Origin: an uncultured Gemmatimonadota bacterium
GTDB taxonomy: Bacteria; GCA-2686955
NCBI GenBank assembly: GCA_964490075.1
Contig: CAZBBK010000006.1
Span: 62,001-126,000 of the forward strand
Direction: 5' to 3'
Length of the DNA: 64,000 nucleotides
Below the pieces are notes generated by a model. That model did no database searches and was not told where the DNA came from. It worked only from the letters and a program-made list of their open reading frames with translations. Every line of letters starts with the position of its first letter. Position 1 is the stretch's first letter. The position numbers and the translations under genes were made by a program. Positions 33,085-43,438 of this stretch are shown one piece after another.

Positions 33085-34179
33085 GTGCATGGAATGACGA
33101 GCTACTTCATCCGACGCTTGCTCCTGGTTCCGGTCACATTCATCTGCATCACCTTCTTGGTGTACTCGGTGATCCGGTTGGCGCCGGGAGGCCCGATCGA
33201 GCAGGCGCAGCATCAAATCCGCCAGGCGGCGATGGCCGAGGGCGGCGGGAGCGCGGCGCTCGGCATGGGGCAGGAATTCGAGCTGCCGCAAGAGGCGATG
33301 GATCAGCTCAAGCGTTACTACAAGCTCGACAAGCCGATCTATCTCGGCTACATGATCTGGTTGGGTGTCTGGCCGGACGAGACGAAGGGCGGTGTGTTCA
33401 GCGGGATTGTGCAGGGCGATTTCGGGACCTCGTACCGCTACTCCGATCCTGTTCTCGATACGATCGTTTCGAAGTTCCCGATTTCGATCTACTTCGGTCT
33501 GATCGGCTACATTGCGACGTGGTTCGTGTGCATACCTCTGGGCGTCAAAAAGGCGCTGGAACATCGCTCTGCTTTCGATACGATTTCGTCGCTGGCGGTG
33601 TTCCTGGGCTACTCGATTCCGGGATTCGTAGCAGCCCTGGCGCTGATGTTGATTTTCGCCACCGACAACTTCGGCATGCAGATCTTGCCCCTCGGCGATT
33701 TCCGGTCGGAGGGGTGGGACGAGATGTGGGCCCAGGGCGAGATCTGGTGGTGCGTCAAGGACCAGGTGAGCCACACCATCATTCCGCTCATCGCCTACGT
33801 GCTCGCCGGCTTCGCGACCATGACCATCTTGATGAAGAACAGCTTGCTCGACAACCTCGGAGCCGACTACGTGCGCACCGCTTTCGCGAAGGGGTTGAGC
33901 GAGAGGCGAGTGGTGTTCATGCACGCGCTGCGCAACTCCCTGATCCCGATCTGCGTCGGAGTGGGGCATGCGATCGGCCTGCTCTTCGCGGGCTCGTTCC
34001 TCATCGAAAAGACCTGCAATATCCCCGGCATGGGTCTACTGGGCTTCAACTCGCTGGTGGAACGCGACTACCCGGTGTTGATGGGCATCCTGACCATCGG
34101 CGTCATCATCCGACTGACGGGCAACATCATTTCCGATATCGTATTGGCCCTGGTCGATCCGCGGGTTCGGTTCGGTTGA
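33085..34179 (+). CDS. Peptide ABC transporter permease (YejB/OppB-like)
   Basis: YFIRRLLL, APGGPIEQ, GDFGTSY, DYVRTAFAKGL..HALRNSLIP, RDYPV, LVDPRV. Confidence 0.92.
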   Translation: MHGMTSYFIRRLLLVPVTFICITFLVYSVIRLAPGGPIEQAQHQIRQAAMAEGGGSAALGMGQEFELPQEAMDQLKRYYKLDKPIYLGYMIWLGVWPDETKGGVFSGIVQGDFGTSYRYSDPVLDTIVSKFPISIYFGLIGYIATWFVCIPLGVKKALEHRSAFDTISSLAVFLGYSIPGFVAALALMLIFATDNFGMQILPLGDFRSEGWDEMWAQGEIWWCVKDQVSHTIIPLIAYVLAGFATMTILMKNSLLDNLGADYVRTAFAKGLSERRVVFMHALRNSLIPICVGVGHAIGLLFAGSFLIEKTCNIPGMGLLGFNSLVERDYPVLMGILTIGVIIRLTGNIISDIVLALVDPRVRFG

Positions 34180-34195
34180 GAGAGAGGCGGCTGTC

Positions 34196-35593
34196 GTGAC
34201 TTTCGTTTGGAAGACGCTCTATCTCGTTTTGGTGCTGGCCGGGGGCTATCAGCTCACCACCCGGGGTATCCCGTGGATCTACACCCACCTGGGTCGGCGC
34301 TTCGGTTTCTCGATGAAGATGACACCGATCACCGAGAAGCGTGTAGCTCGGTTTCGGAGCATTCGTAGAGGGCACTGGTCATTCGTAGCGATTACCACGC
34401 TCTTTGTAACTTCGCTCTTCTTGGAGCTGATCGTCAACGAGAGACCCTTGGTGATCCGATTCGATGGGCGAACCGAGTTCCCGGCTCTCAGGGACTGGAC
34501 GAACAAGGTTCTGTTCTTCGTCGACTTCCCCGTGTTCCTGCCGAAGAACGAGTTTGGACAGAGCGGGGGAGGGGAGGTGGACTACGGTTTCTTCCGACGC
34601 TCCTGCGAAGATCCTTCGCTGCTCGACGAACGGATCACCGATGCGAGGGAGAAGGCTGAGCGGGCAAGGTCGCGATTCGAGAAGCTCGATCCGCCCGCGG
34701 CCGACGATTCGGAGTTCAAGAAGTCGCGCTACGAGCAACGCAAGGTCACGCACGACAAGCGGGCCCAACAGCTCCTCGATCTGGAGCATGCTCAAGGGGT
34801 TTTCGAGGCGGGAAGGGCGTCGATCATTCCAACCCTCTACCCCTATTCCTCGAACTCACTGCGCCACAGTCTCGAAAAGCCGCCGCCGAACAAGCCGTCA
34901 TTTGGCGAGGGGATTCCACTGGGAACGACGGTCGCCGGGCGCGATGTGCTGGTGCTGCTGGTCTACGGTTTTCGTATCTCGCTCGCCTTCGCCCTGATCG
35001 TCGCGGTATGTGGCTACGCCGTCGGCGTGATCGCCGGGGGGGTCCAAGGCTACTACGGGGGTTGGGTCGATATCGGCACGCAGCGTTTCGAAGAGATCTG
35101 GGGCAGCATCCCCTTCCTCTTCACGATCATGATCATTGCGTCTTTGGTGACCCCTTCGTTCGCGGTGCTCGCCTTCTTGATGGTGATCTTGAGGAGCTGG
35201 CTCGGAATCACCTTTTATGTGCGAGGCGAGTTCTACAGAGAGAAGGCGAAGGACTACGTTCAAGCCGCGATCGGCTCCGGCGTCTCGGACTGGAGGATCA
35301 TCACCAAGCACATCCTGCCCAACTCGCTCGTACCCGTCGTGACCTTCGCTCCCTTCGGGATCGTCGCCTATATCAGCTCGCTGGTGAGTCTCGACTACCT
35401 CGGTTTCGGATTGCCCCCCGGCACTCCGAGCTGGGGAGCTCTGCTGCGACAGGGACTCGAGAATGTGAGGTTCTATCCGTACCTGGTGTTCATCCCCGTC
35501 ACCGCGCTTGCCTCGACGCTCTACAGCGTCGTGATGGTCGGCGAAGCGGTGCGTGAAGCCTTTGATCCCAAAGTGTTCTCCAGGCTGAGGTAG
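34196..35593 (+). CDS. Peptide ABC transporter permease (YejE/OppC-like)
   Basis: RFRSIRRG.WS, LGT...GRDV, YGFRISL, VRGEF, KHILPN, LDYLGFGLPPGTPSWG, GEAVREAFDP. Confidence 0.9.
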   Translation: MTFVWKTLYLVLVLAGGYQLTTRGIPWIYTHLGRRFGFSMKMTPITEKRVARFRSIRRGHWSFVAITTLFVTSLFLELIVNERPLVIRFDGRTEFPALRDWTNKVLFFVDFPVFLPKNEFGQSGGGEVDYGFFRRSCEDPSLLDERITDAREKAERARSRFEKLDPPAADDSEFKKSRYEQRKVTHDKRAQQLLDLEHAQGVFEAGRASIIPTLYPYSSNSLRHSLEKPPPNKPSFGEGIPLGTTVAGRDVLVLLVYGFRISLAFALIVAVCGYAVGVIAGGVQGYYGGWVDIGTQRFEEIWGSIPFLFTIMIIASLVTPSFAVLAFLMVILRSWLGITFYVRGEFYREKAKDYVQAAIGSGVSDWRIITKHILPNSLVPVVTFAPFGIVAYISSLVSLDYLGFGLPPGTPSWGALLRQGLENVRFYPYLVFIPVTALASTLYSVVMVGEAVREAFDPKVFSRLR

Positions 35594-35601
35594 GCAAGCA
35601 G

Positions 35602-36615
35602 ATGGACAATCAAGCGCGAAACAAGCTGCTCGAGGTCAAGAACCTCAAGACCTACTTCGACGTGGAAGGACAAACCGCGAAGGCGGTGGACGGCGTCAGC
35701 TTCGACATCTACGAAAACGAGGTGTTCGGCCTGGTGGGCGAGTCGGGCAGCGGCAAGTCGGTGACCGCGCTCTCGGTCATGCGACTGATCCCGAATCCGC
35801 CGGGCGATATCGTCGGCGGCGAGCTGATCTTCAAGGGGAAGAACCTGCTCGATCTGCCCTACGACGAGATGCGGAAGATCCGCGGCCACCATATTTCGAT
35901 AATCTTCCAGGAGCCGATGACGGCTCTGAATCCTGTCTTCAGCATCGGCTTTCAGATCCTGGAGGCAATCACGCACCACGCGACGATGAGCAAGGAAGAG
36001 GCCCGTGAGCGTGCCGTGGAGATGCTGGCTTTGGTGGGAATCCCCGACGCGGCGCGGCGCCTCGACAACTACCCCCACGAGTTCAGCGGGGGGATGCGCC
36101 AGCGCGCCATGATCGCGATGGCCTTGGCAATGAACCCCTCACTGCTGATCGCGGACGAGCCGACCACCGCTCTCGACGTGACGATTCAGGCGCAGATCCT
36201 GGAGCTGATGCTCGACGTGCGGGAGAAGACCGACGGCTCTTCGATCATGCTGATCACGCACGACCTGGCGGTGGTGGCGGAAACCTGCGAGAGGGTGGCC
36301 GTGATGTACGGGGGCAAGATCCAAGAGGTGGCCGAAGTCTCTCCCCTCTTCCGAGAGCCGCTGCACCCCTACACACGCGGACTGATGAGCTCGTTGCCGC
36401 GTCCCGACCGGGAGCAACAGAAACGGCTCGACACAATCCCCGGAATCGTGCCAAGCATCTTGAGAATGCCGCCGGGCTGCAAGTTCGCGGAAAGGTGTCG
36501 CGAGCGATTCGATCGTTGCGATGTCGAAGAGCCGCGCCTGATCGAAGTGCGACCGGGGCGGCTTTGTCGCTGCCATCTGGTCGAGCCCGATGGCGCGGCG
36601 AAGGGGGGTGCATGA
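35602..36615 (+). CDS. Peptide ABC transporter ATP-binding protein (OppD/DppD-like)
   Basis: [41 protein letters not shown]-terminal GC.F..RC Cys motif. Confidence 0.93.
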   Translation: MDNQARNKLLEVKNLKTYFDVEGQTAKAVDGVSFDIYENEVFGLVGESGSGKSVTALSVMRLIPNPPGDIVGGELIFKGKNLLDLPYDEMRKIRGHHISIIFQEPMTALNPVFSIGFQILEAITHHATMSKEEARERAVEMLALVGIPDAARRLDNYPHEFSGGMRQRAMIAMALAMNPSLLIADEPTTALDVTIQAQILELMLDVREKTDGSSIMLITHDLAVVAETCERVAVMYGGKIQEVAEVSPLFREPLHPYTRGLMSSLPRPDREQQKRLDTIPGIVPSILRMPPGCKFAERCRERFDRCDVEEPRLIEVRPGRLCRCHLVEPDGAAKGGA

Positions 36616-37625
36616 TGGCCGCCAACGCATCCGCGAACGGAAGAACGCTGCTCGAGCTCAACGGCCTCAAAGTTCACTACCCGATTCACGGGGGAATCCT
36701 GCTGCGCCGAATCGGCGAGGTGAAGGCGGTGGACGGTGTCAGCGCCTTGGTCAACGAGGGGGAGACACTCGGGCTGGTCGGAGAGTCGGGTTGCGGCAAG
36801 ACCACCATCGGCAAGGCGGTTCTGAGGCTGGTTCACGCGACGGCGGGGGAGATTCACTTCACGCGAGAGAGCGGGGAGCGGATCGATCTGGTGGATCTGA
36901 ATCGTGGCGAGATGCGACCAATCCGCGCAGAGATCCAGATGATCTACCAGGATCCCTATTCCTCGCTGAATCCGCGCTGGTCGGTGGGCGAGATCATTGC
37001 CGAGCCGCTCATGGTGCACCAGCCGAAGCTGCCCGTGGCGGAGCGGGACGAGAAGGTGGCCTGGTTGCTGGAGAAGGTCGGCCTGACGGGCGAGCAATCG
37101 TATCGTTATCCGCACGAGTTCAGCGGAGGGCAGCGCCAGCGGGTGGGAATCGCGCGGGCGCTTTCGACCGGGCCGCGACTGGTGGTGGCCGACGAGCCGG
37201 TTTCGGCCCTCGACGTGTCGATCCAGGCGCAGGTGATCAACCTGATGCAGGATCTGCAAGAGGAGTTCGGTCTCACCTATCTCTTCATCGCCCACGATCT
37301 GAGCGTCGTAGAGCACATCAGTCACAGAATCGCGGTGATGTACCTCGGCAACCTGGTCGAGGTCGGCTCATCGAACGAGCTCTACAACCACGCGGTGCAC
37401 CCTTACACGCGCGCGCTCTTGAGCGCGGTGCCGCTTCCCGATCCCGACGCGAACCGGCCCGATCGCATCGCACTCACGGGCGAGGTCCCCAGCCCGCTCG
37501 CCAAGCCCTCGGGCTGCGCCTTCCGCACGCGCTGCCCGCTGGCGAAGAGCTCCTGCGCCGACGAGATCCCGCCGCTGAAGGAGGTGGGGCCGGGGCACCT
37601 GGTGGCTTGCCCGGTGGCGGACTAG
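36612..37625 (+). CDS. Peptide ABC transporter ATP-binding protein (OppF/DppF-like)
   Basis: GESGCGKT, QDPYSSLNPR, FSGGQRQR, DEPVSALDVS, HPYTRALL, GCAFRTRCP. Confidence 0.93.
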   Translation: MMAANASANGRTLLELNGLKVHYPIHGGILLRRIGEVKAVDGVSALVNEGETLGLVGESGCGKTTIGKAVLRLVHATAGEIHFTRESGERIDLVDLNRGEMRPIRAEIQMIYQDPYSSLNPRWSVGEIIAEPLMVHQPKLPVAERDEKVAWLLEKVGLTGEQSYRYPHEFSGGQRQRVGIARALSTGPRLVVADEPVSALDVSIQAQVINLMQDLQEEFGLTYLFIAHDLSVVEHISHRIAVMYLGNLVEVGSSNELYNHAVHPYTRALLSAVPLPDPDANRPDRIALTGEVPSPLAKPSGCAFRTRCPLAKSSCADEIPPLKEVGPGHLVACPVAD

Positions 37626-38845
37626 CCCCCCAGGATCACCGACACCATTCCCCACACCACCAGGTTCCACCAGTCGTTCAGGGCCTGGTTGAGGGTGCCG
37701 GTGAAGGTGACATCCTGCTCCGGCCAGTGGTACATCCAGGCGTTGCCGTAGCCGTCGTGCCCCCAGAGCTCGCCCACGTCGCCGTCGAAGACGATGCGGA
37801 AGATGCCCAGGCCGTACCAGACGTCGACCGCGCCGGTCGGCACCCACTGCTGCATCTGGTCCATCGTGCCCGGATCGGCGAAGATCTCGCCGCCGAAGAG
37901 CGCCGCGGCGAATTGCTCCAGATCGCGCGTGCTGCTCACCAGCCCGCCGCCGGCCCAGTCGGCGCTCTGGCGGATCTTGCCGTGCAGGTCGAAGCGCCAT
38001 TCGTAGCGGTGCGACTCGTCGTAGGGAGAGGTCGCGGCCTCGCGATAGGGCAGATAGGTATCGCCCATCCCCAGGGGCTCGAAGAGCCGGGTGCGATAGA
38101 TCTCGTGCAGCTCGGCGCCGGTCACCGCCTCGGCGATCAGCCCCAGCAGCACGTAGCCGGTGTCGGAGTAGTGGTAGAGGGTGCCGGGGGGCGCGATCGG
38201 GCTCAGCTCCTTGGCATACTCGATCAGCTCTTCCGGCTCCCAGAAGTGGTTGGCGTCGCTGTAGAAATCGTAGAGGAACTGGTTGACGTCCCAGAACAGG
38301 TAGGGCGGATCGTACCAGTAGTCCGGCAGGCCGGATGTGTGGTTCAAGAGCTGGCGCGGGGTCAGATCCGGGCCGTAGTCGTGATCGTCGATCACCAGCA
38401 GGGCGGTGGTGATCTCGGGGTCGAGGTAGGTCGAGATCGGATCGTCGAGGCCGACCAGTCCCTCTTCCATCAGCAGCAGCACGGTGACCGCGGTGATGGT
38501 CTTGCTGGTGCTGGCGATCTCGAAGCTGTCGTGGGGGTCGATCGGCACCCCGCCGCGGTGGTCGAGGTCTCCCGAGACCCCTTCGAAGAGAACGCCGTCG
38601 GTGCCGGAGGCCTGACGATAGAGACCGCCGCCGAAGCCATTATTCTTCGCCACCTTGGCATCGAGCTTGGCTTGCAGGTCGACGCCTCGGGGAAGGACGG
38701 AGTTGGGCTGGACGGCGCGCAGATGGGTGGCGAGGGCATCGCCGGGATGGGTCAGTCGCTGCGGGCGGGGGGTCCGGGGTGGTGCGGCGAGGGCGGTGGT
38801 GGTGAGCGCGGCCAGGCAGATCAGACTGCTGCTTCTGTGGAACAT
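37622..38845 (-). CDS. Secreted serine hydrolase, beta-lactamase/S12 D-Ala-D-Ala carboxypeptidase family
   Basis: Signal peptide; IASTSK (SxxK), LLNHTSGL, YSDTGY, GGGLVSS, WGHDG. Confidence 0.88.
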   Translation of the reverse strand: MFHRSSSLICLAALTTTALAAPPRTPRPQRLTHPGDALATHLRAVQPNSVLPRGVDLQAKLDAKVAKNNGFGGGLYRQASGTDGVLFEGVSGDLDHRGGVPIDPHDSFEIASTSKTITAVTVLLLMEEGLVGLDDPISTYLDPEITTALLVIDDHDYGPDLTPRQLLNHTSGLPDYWYDPPYLFWDVNQFLYDFYSDANHFWEPEELIEYAKELSPIAPPGTLYHYSDTGYVLLGLIAEAVTGAELHEIYRTRLFEPLGMGDTYLPYREAATSPYDESHRYEWRFDLHGKIRQSADWAGGGLVSSTRDLEQFAAALFGGEIFADPGTMDQMQQWVPTGAVDVWYGLGIFRIVFDGDVGELWGHDGYGNAWMYHWPEQDVTFTGTLNQALNDWWNLVVWGMVSVILGG

Positions 38846-38932
38846 CGTTGTCGGCACTCCTCTCTTCAACGGTTGTAACATCGACAGGAAGCTCACAGCC
38901 ACGATTCCCCTCCACCTTCATGGGGGAAGACC

Positions 38933-39349
38933 ATGAGAGCGATCACCTGCTTCGTCCTTCTAGTATCGAGCGTGGGCAATGCCTCCTCGACTCTGATTCG
39001 CGTGCCGCAGGACCGGGATTCGATCCGGGAAGGGATCGACGCGGCTGCGCCTGGCGACACGGTGCTGGTGGCGCCGGGCACCTACGTCGAATCGGGGATC
39101 AGCTACCTGGGTAGGGCGATCGTGGTGACCAGCGCGAAGCCCACCGATCCCGAGGTCGTGGCGGCGACCGTGGTGCGGGGATTCCGTGACGCCGGAGACC
39201 CGACCGTCGAAGACGGGATCTTCGACTCTCACCCCCGCTGGCCACGCTTCTACCCGAACGGCGCGCGCTCCGATATGGGGAGCTACGGCGGGCCAGAGAA
39301 CCGGGCCTGGCTGAAGAGCGTGACCAAATGTGGCGACACTTGGCGCTGA
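38933..39349 (+). pseudogene. Internally deleted beta-helix-family gene (signal peptide and N-cap joined directly to C-cap)
   Basis: IRVPQD..SI..GIDAA..GDTVLVAPGTY.E joined near 39180 to DAGDP...HPRWP..YPNGARSDMGSYGGP; all beta-helix repeats are absent. Confidence 0.6.
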
Positions 39350-39369
39350 ACCGTAGCTCGTCCCGAACG

Positions 39370-40548
39370 ATGTCGGCCGGGCTGGCGCTGTTGCTGATCG
39401 CGGCCTGCCAGGACGAAAGCAGCGCCCCGCCCCCCCTTCAATGCGCCACAGATCCGAGCCTGGCCGGCCTCGGCGAGCACACGCCGGCATCGCGGTTGAC
39501 GGCGCAGCGCAAGGAGAGCTGGCGGGCGCGCATCCAGGCCTTTCTCGATCGCGGCACCATCCCCCTGGTCGACCTGCAGTCGAGCCTGGACCGCGATCAC
39601 GGCGAGCGCTACCTGGCCGAGGCGCTGTGGACGATGGACGAGCTGGGCATCGCGCTGATCGCCTTCGACGGTTACGAGGAGCCCGAGTCCCCCGCCGGCG
39701 ATGTCGATCGCTACAACTGGGGCCGCTACCCCCGGGAGGTCGCCGATCGTTACCCCGATCGCTTCATACCGGCCACCGACGGCGGCCGCAGCCTCAACTG
39801 GAGGAATGGCGGCGAGGCCTTCGTCGCGGCCCTGGAGACGCAGTTGCGCGGCGGCGCCTACCCGATCATCGGCGAGCTCAACTTCCGCCAGTACATGCCG
39901 GCCTGGCGCTGGAGACCGGGCGAGACCGGGGCCGACCACTTCGCCGATGTGCCGCTGATGAGCGCCAACGGCCAGCGCGTGCTGGCGCTTTCCGCCGCGA
40001 CTCTGATCGCGCTTCCGGCCCACATCGAGCCGGAGGATGCTTCGATCGACGATCTCGAGGCGGCCCTGACCGCCTACCCGCGCGCCAAGATCATCGCCAC
40101 CCATTTCGGGCAGGTGCGCAAGCCGGATCGTTGCACACGCTTCGGGCCGGAGCTGGTGCGGCGGCTGCTCACGACCCACCCGAATCTCTACTACGACCTC
40201 GCGTGCAGCACTCCGGGGCATGTCCACTACGATCCGGCGGTCTTCGACGCGGTGATCTGGAAGGACGGTCCGGACGGGGGGCAGCTCGGCGAGCTGAAGC
40301 AGGAGTATCGGGCTCTGCTGGCGGAGCGCAGCGACCGCTTCGTGGTGGGACTCGACTACGGCATCGGCCGCAGCCCCCTCCCCCACCATCTGCGGGGCAA
40401 AGCAGCAACGATTCGCACGATCTTGCGGGATCTGCCGGAGAGCTGCCGCCACGCCATCGGCTATCGGAATGCCTGGTTTCTGCTGACCGGAGAGGCCTGG
40501 ATCGAGAGAGGAGCCGAGGGAGCTGTCGCGCCTGAGGCGCGGAATTGA
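39370..40548 (+). CDS. Amidohydrolase-family (Amidohydro_2-like) lipoprotein
   Basis: Lipobox LIAA-C; YPDRFIP, IIGEL, H.E, IIATHFG, HPNLYYDL, DRFVVGLD, IGYRNAW. Confidence 0.72.
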   Translation: MSAGLALLLIAACQDESSAPPPLQCATDPSLAGLGEHTPASRLTAQRKESWRARIQAFLDRGTIPLVDLQSSLDRDHGERYLAEALWTMDELGIALIAFDGYEEPESPAGDVDRYNWGRYPREVADRYPDRFIPATDGGRSLNWRNGGEAFVAALETQLRGGAYPIIGELNFRQYMPAWRWRPGETGADHFADVPLMSANGQRVLALSAATLIALPAHIEPEDASIDDLEAALTAYPRAKIIATHFGQVRKPDRCTRFGPELVRRLLTTHPNLYYDLACSTPGHVHYDPAVFDAVIWKDGPDGGQLGELKQEYRALLAERSDRFVVGLDYGIGRSPLPHHLRGKAATIRTILRDLPESCRHAIGYRNAWFLLTGEAWIERGAEGAVAPEARN

Positions 40549-40660
40549 GCGTCCTTGGTGGGCGTGGACCTGGGGGAGCGGGCCGATTGCGCCGTCGGTG
40601 ATTGCGCGAACCGAACGAGGGCCCCATAGTACGCTGCGAACCCTTCTTCGGAGACGCCCG

Positions 40661-41620
40661 ATGCATGTCCGTGCTCTGTTTCTCGCGTTGCTCGCACTGG
40701 CCTATTCCTCTCAATCGCCCGGCGCGCCGATCGACGGCCGCTACAGCGCCCAGCTCCACGGCGAGTCGATCGGACTGGAGATCGAGCTAGACCCCTCCGG
40801 GACGCTGAGCGGCAACATGGGCGTGGGAGGGATGATGTACTCGATCCGCGGCAAGCTGGCCGACGGGAAGCTCAGCGGCACCATGCGGGCCTTCGACGAA
40901 GAGCTGCCTTTTTCCGGCCGCTTCGCGGATGGCGCGATCACCATGCGCTTCGTGGAGGCGGACGAGTACGGGGCGGAGGATGGCGGCGGACAGGACGAGA
41001 CGCTGGTGTTTCGTCGCTCGGACGGGTCCGGGACGCAGATCGCGCCGCCGGCCTCGGCAGCGGCCGCGCCGCCCGCGGCTCCACCGGCGGAGGCCGCGGC
41101 GCCGGCCGGGGTGGTCATCAACGGCATGACCCTCGACCAGGCGCAGATCGCCGAGCTGACCCAGTCCTATGGACAGCCCCCACAACCGGGCAGCTACTGG
41201 TACGACGCCAAGAGCGGTCTCTACGGCGTCGCCGGCCACGCGGCTTTCGGCTTCATGCTGCCCGGGCACCCCTTCGGCAAGCTCGACGCGCGCGCCTCGC
41301 AAGGCGACACCAAGGTCATCGTCAACGGCCGCGAGCTGCCGCGCCTGGAGTGGGCGACCTGGAGCCGATTGCTCGGTTACGCGATCATGCCGGGCGCCTA
41401 CTGGCTGGACGCCGCCGGCAACACCGGCTACGAGGGCAGCCCCTTCCCGACCGACAACCTCTACGCCGCGGCGCAGCGCAACGCCGGGGGCGCGGGCGGA
41501 GGCGGAGGCGGAGGCGACAATTTCTGGTCCTCGCGCTTCAGCGCCGGTAACTACGATTCCGGCAACACTCGAGGCTACGTCAGCGTGCCTGGCTACGGCC
41601 CGGTCGGCTACGGCTTTTGA
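40661..41620 (+). CDS. Secreted hypothetical protein with a PGxYWYD domain
   Basis: Signal peptide, beta-rich N-domain, Ala/Pro linker, then VVING...PGSYWYDAKSGLYG...ASQGDTKVIVNGREL...PGAYWLD; GGAG RBS. Confidence 0.78.
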   Translation: MHVRALFLALLALAYSSQSPGAPIDGRYSAQLHGESIGLEIELDPSGTLSGNMGVGGMMYSIRGKLADGKLSGTMRAFDEELPFSGRFADGAITMRFVEADEYGAEDGGGQDETLVFRRSDGSGTQIAPPASAAAAPPAAPPAEAAAPAGVVINGMTLDQAQIAELTQSYGQPPQPGSYWYDAKSGLYGVAGHAAFGFMLPGHPFGKLDARASQGDTKVIVNGRELPRLEWATWSRLLGYAIMPGAYWLDAAGNTGYEGSPFPTDNLYAAAQRNAGGAGGGGGGGDNFWSSRFSAGNYDSGNTRGYVSVPGYGPVGYGF

Positions 41621-42118
41621 GAACCCGCGCCGGAGCTCCGAGTGCCAGCCGCTGTCGGAAGCGACTCAGCATGGGCCGCACTTCGCCCAACCCGATCCCG
41701 ATGGGAATCAGCATCAAGAGCTGAAATTGCGCGCGGTGACGATAAAAAGTCCCCACATTCCCTTCGACGACCGCATAGAGCGCGGCGATGAGCCCCATGA
41801 TCAGGACCAGAGTGCGGGCGCCCGGGCGACCCTCTCGGAGGAGCGCCAGAAGCCCGACCACCCCCGGACCCAGAAGCGCGTACCAGGCCAGGGCCTCGGG
41901 CATGGCGGAGAGGGCGAGGCGACTGGAGAGAGCCTGCCACGGAAAAGGGCGAGAGCAGGAAATGGACCGCGGCCACCGGCAAGAAACGGATAAGCTGCGC
42001 GGGATCCGCGATGTCGACCGTCGAGAAGCAGGCGCTGTTGCCTCCGGTGCCGAGGGCCAGTCGTTTGGACGCCACCAACTGCGGAGACCATTCCTCCGCG
42101 ATGTGAGTCAGGCCCCAC
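41580..42118 (-). pseudogene. Fragment of polysaccharide polymerase-like membrane protein (C-terminal part, frameshifted)
   Basis: Two frames: FLPVAAVHFLLSPF and PEALAWY...EGNVGTFYRHRAQ; no N-terminal half. Confidence 0.5.
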
Positions 42119-42880
42119 ATCCCCTGTCCGGCGACACCGAGGGGAATGACACGAGCGCCGCGGCGTCGAACCAATGACGAGGAGCGGCGGGGCCCAGGAG
42201 GTGAGGATCGAGGTACTCCGAGGCGATCGCCAACGCCACTCCCAGCCCCACTGCCAGGAGCAGCGCGGCGCCGTACCACATCGTGAACGACCCGGTCGGG
42301 CGCGCGTGCCAGGCCGACGCGAGCACCTCCAGGGAGGGCTCAGCCAACGCCGACAGCCGGCTCAGCTCGTTCTTCTCATCGTCCAGCGCGTTCAACCGCG
42401 AGAGCAATCGCTTGCCCTCCAGGCTCCAGTCCAGCACGCGCGCGGAGAGCTCCACCGTTCTTGCCGCCCGCAGCTTCGCAAGGTGGCCACGGAGCGCGCT
42501 CACGCGTCCCTCGAGCTTCTCGTAGCGGGCGTGATCCCGACCGACGCTTCCGGCCAGCCCGGCCAACGCCGCCTCTTCCTCGATCAGCCGCCGCTCCACC
42601 GCCTCGAGCGTGGCGGCTCCCAGCCCTCGATCGGCCCGGGTCCACTTCGCCAGGATCGTGTCCGCCGAGGCCCTGGTCGCGTCGGCCTTCACGCGAAGAT
42701 GGTCGGCGCGGCTGCGTGCGGCATGGAGGGCTCCGAAGCGAGCGGCGATGGCCAGCACCGGGTCCGGGCCTCGTAGAGCACGGGCATCGACCGAATCGCG
42801 ACGCCGAAGAGCAGGGCCGAAGCGGCCATCGCGACGTAGCGGGCGCCTTCAACGTCTCAGTCCTGCGCGACGCGGTCATA
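42108..42880 (-). pseudogene. Fragment of chain-length determinant (Wzz/Wzc-like)
   Basis: Coiled-coil region followed by TM AALLLAVGLGVALAIASEYLDP...LVSFP; lies between Wza-like and Wzy-like fragments. Confidence 0.45.
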
Positions 42881-42891
42881 GAGCGCCATAC

Positions 42892-43438
42892 TCACGAAGA
42901 CGACCGACACCCATGTGATGAACTCCCCCGGAGTCGGCCACCAGCGGCGAGGGACGTGGATGACGTCCCCCCGGAGGTCAGACCGGCGTCCCAGGCGGGC
43001 CGGCCCAGCTCCAGCGAGTCATCGAGGTCCCCGTTGATGGTGGCGCCCAAGCGCTCGAGGCGGGCACCGCCCAGGTGACCGCGATAGGTCACGCCGCCGG
43101 CCGCGAGCAACACGTCGGCAAATGTGTCGTGAGGTCCGACGTAGTAGCTCCCCGGGCGCACGACCTCCCCAACGACACTGACGCGCAATCGCGGCTCCGC
43201 TCTCAACACCGGTGGACGAGGGAATCGCTGCGCAAGATGGCGCCCGATCGTCGCCTCGAGGTCGGCCGTGGAGTCCTCGAGGATCGAGACGATCCCCGCC
43301 TCACCGAGAAAGAGCTCCCCCCCGCCGCGACACGATGTTATCGCCGCTCAGCTCGGGATGAGCGACCACCTCGAGGATGACCTTGTCTCCAGGGCCCAGC
43401 GCGAGAGCCGATGCGATCAGGAGTGATTCCGCGATCAT
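42892..43438 (-). pseudogene. Frameshifted polysaccharide export protein (Wza-like: Poly_export plus SLBB)
   Basis: ATG 43438 gives LGPGDKVILEVVAHPELSG then an early stop; another frame gives VSVVGEVVRPGSY...DVLLAAGG (SLBB). Confidence 0.6.
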
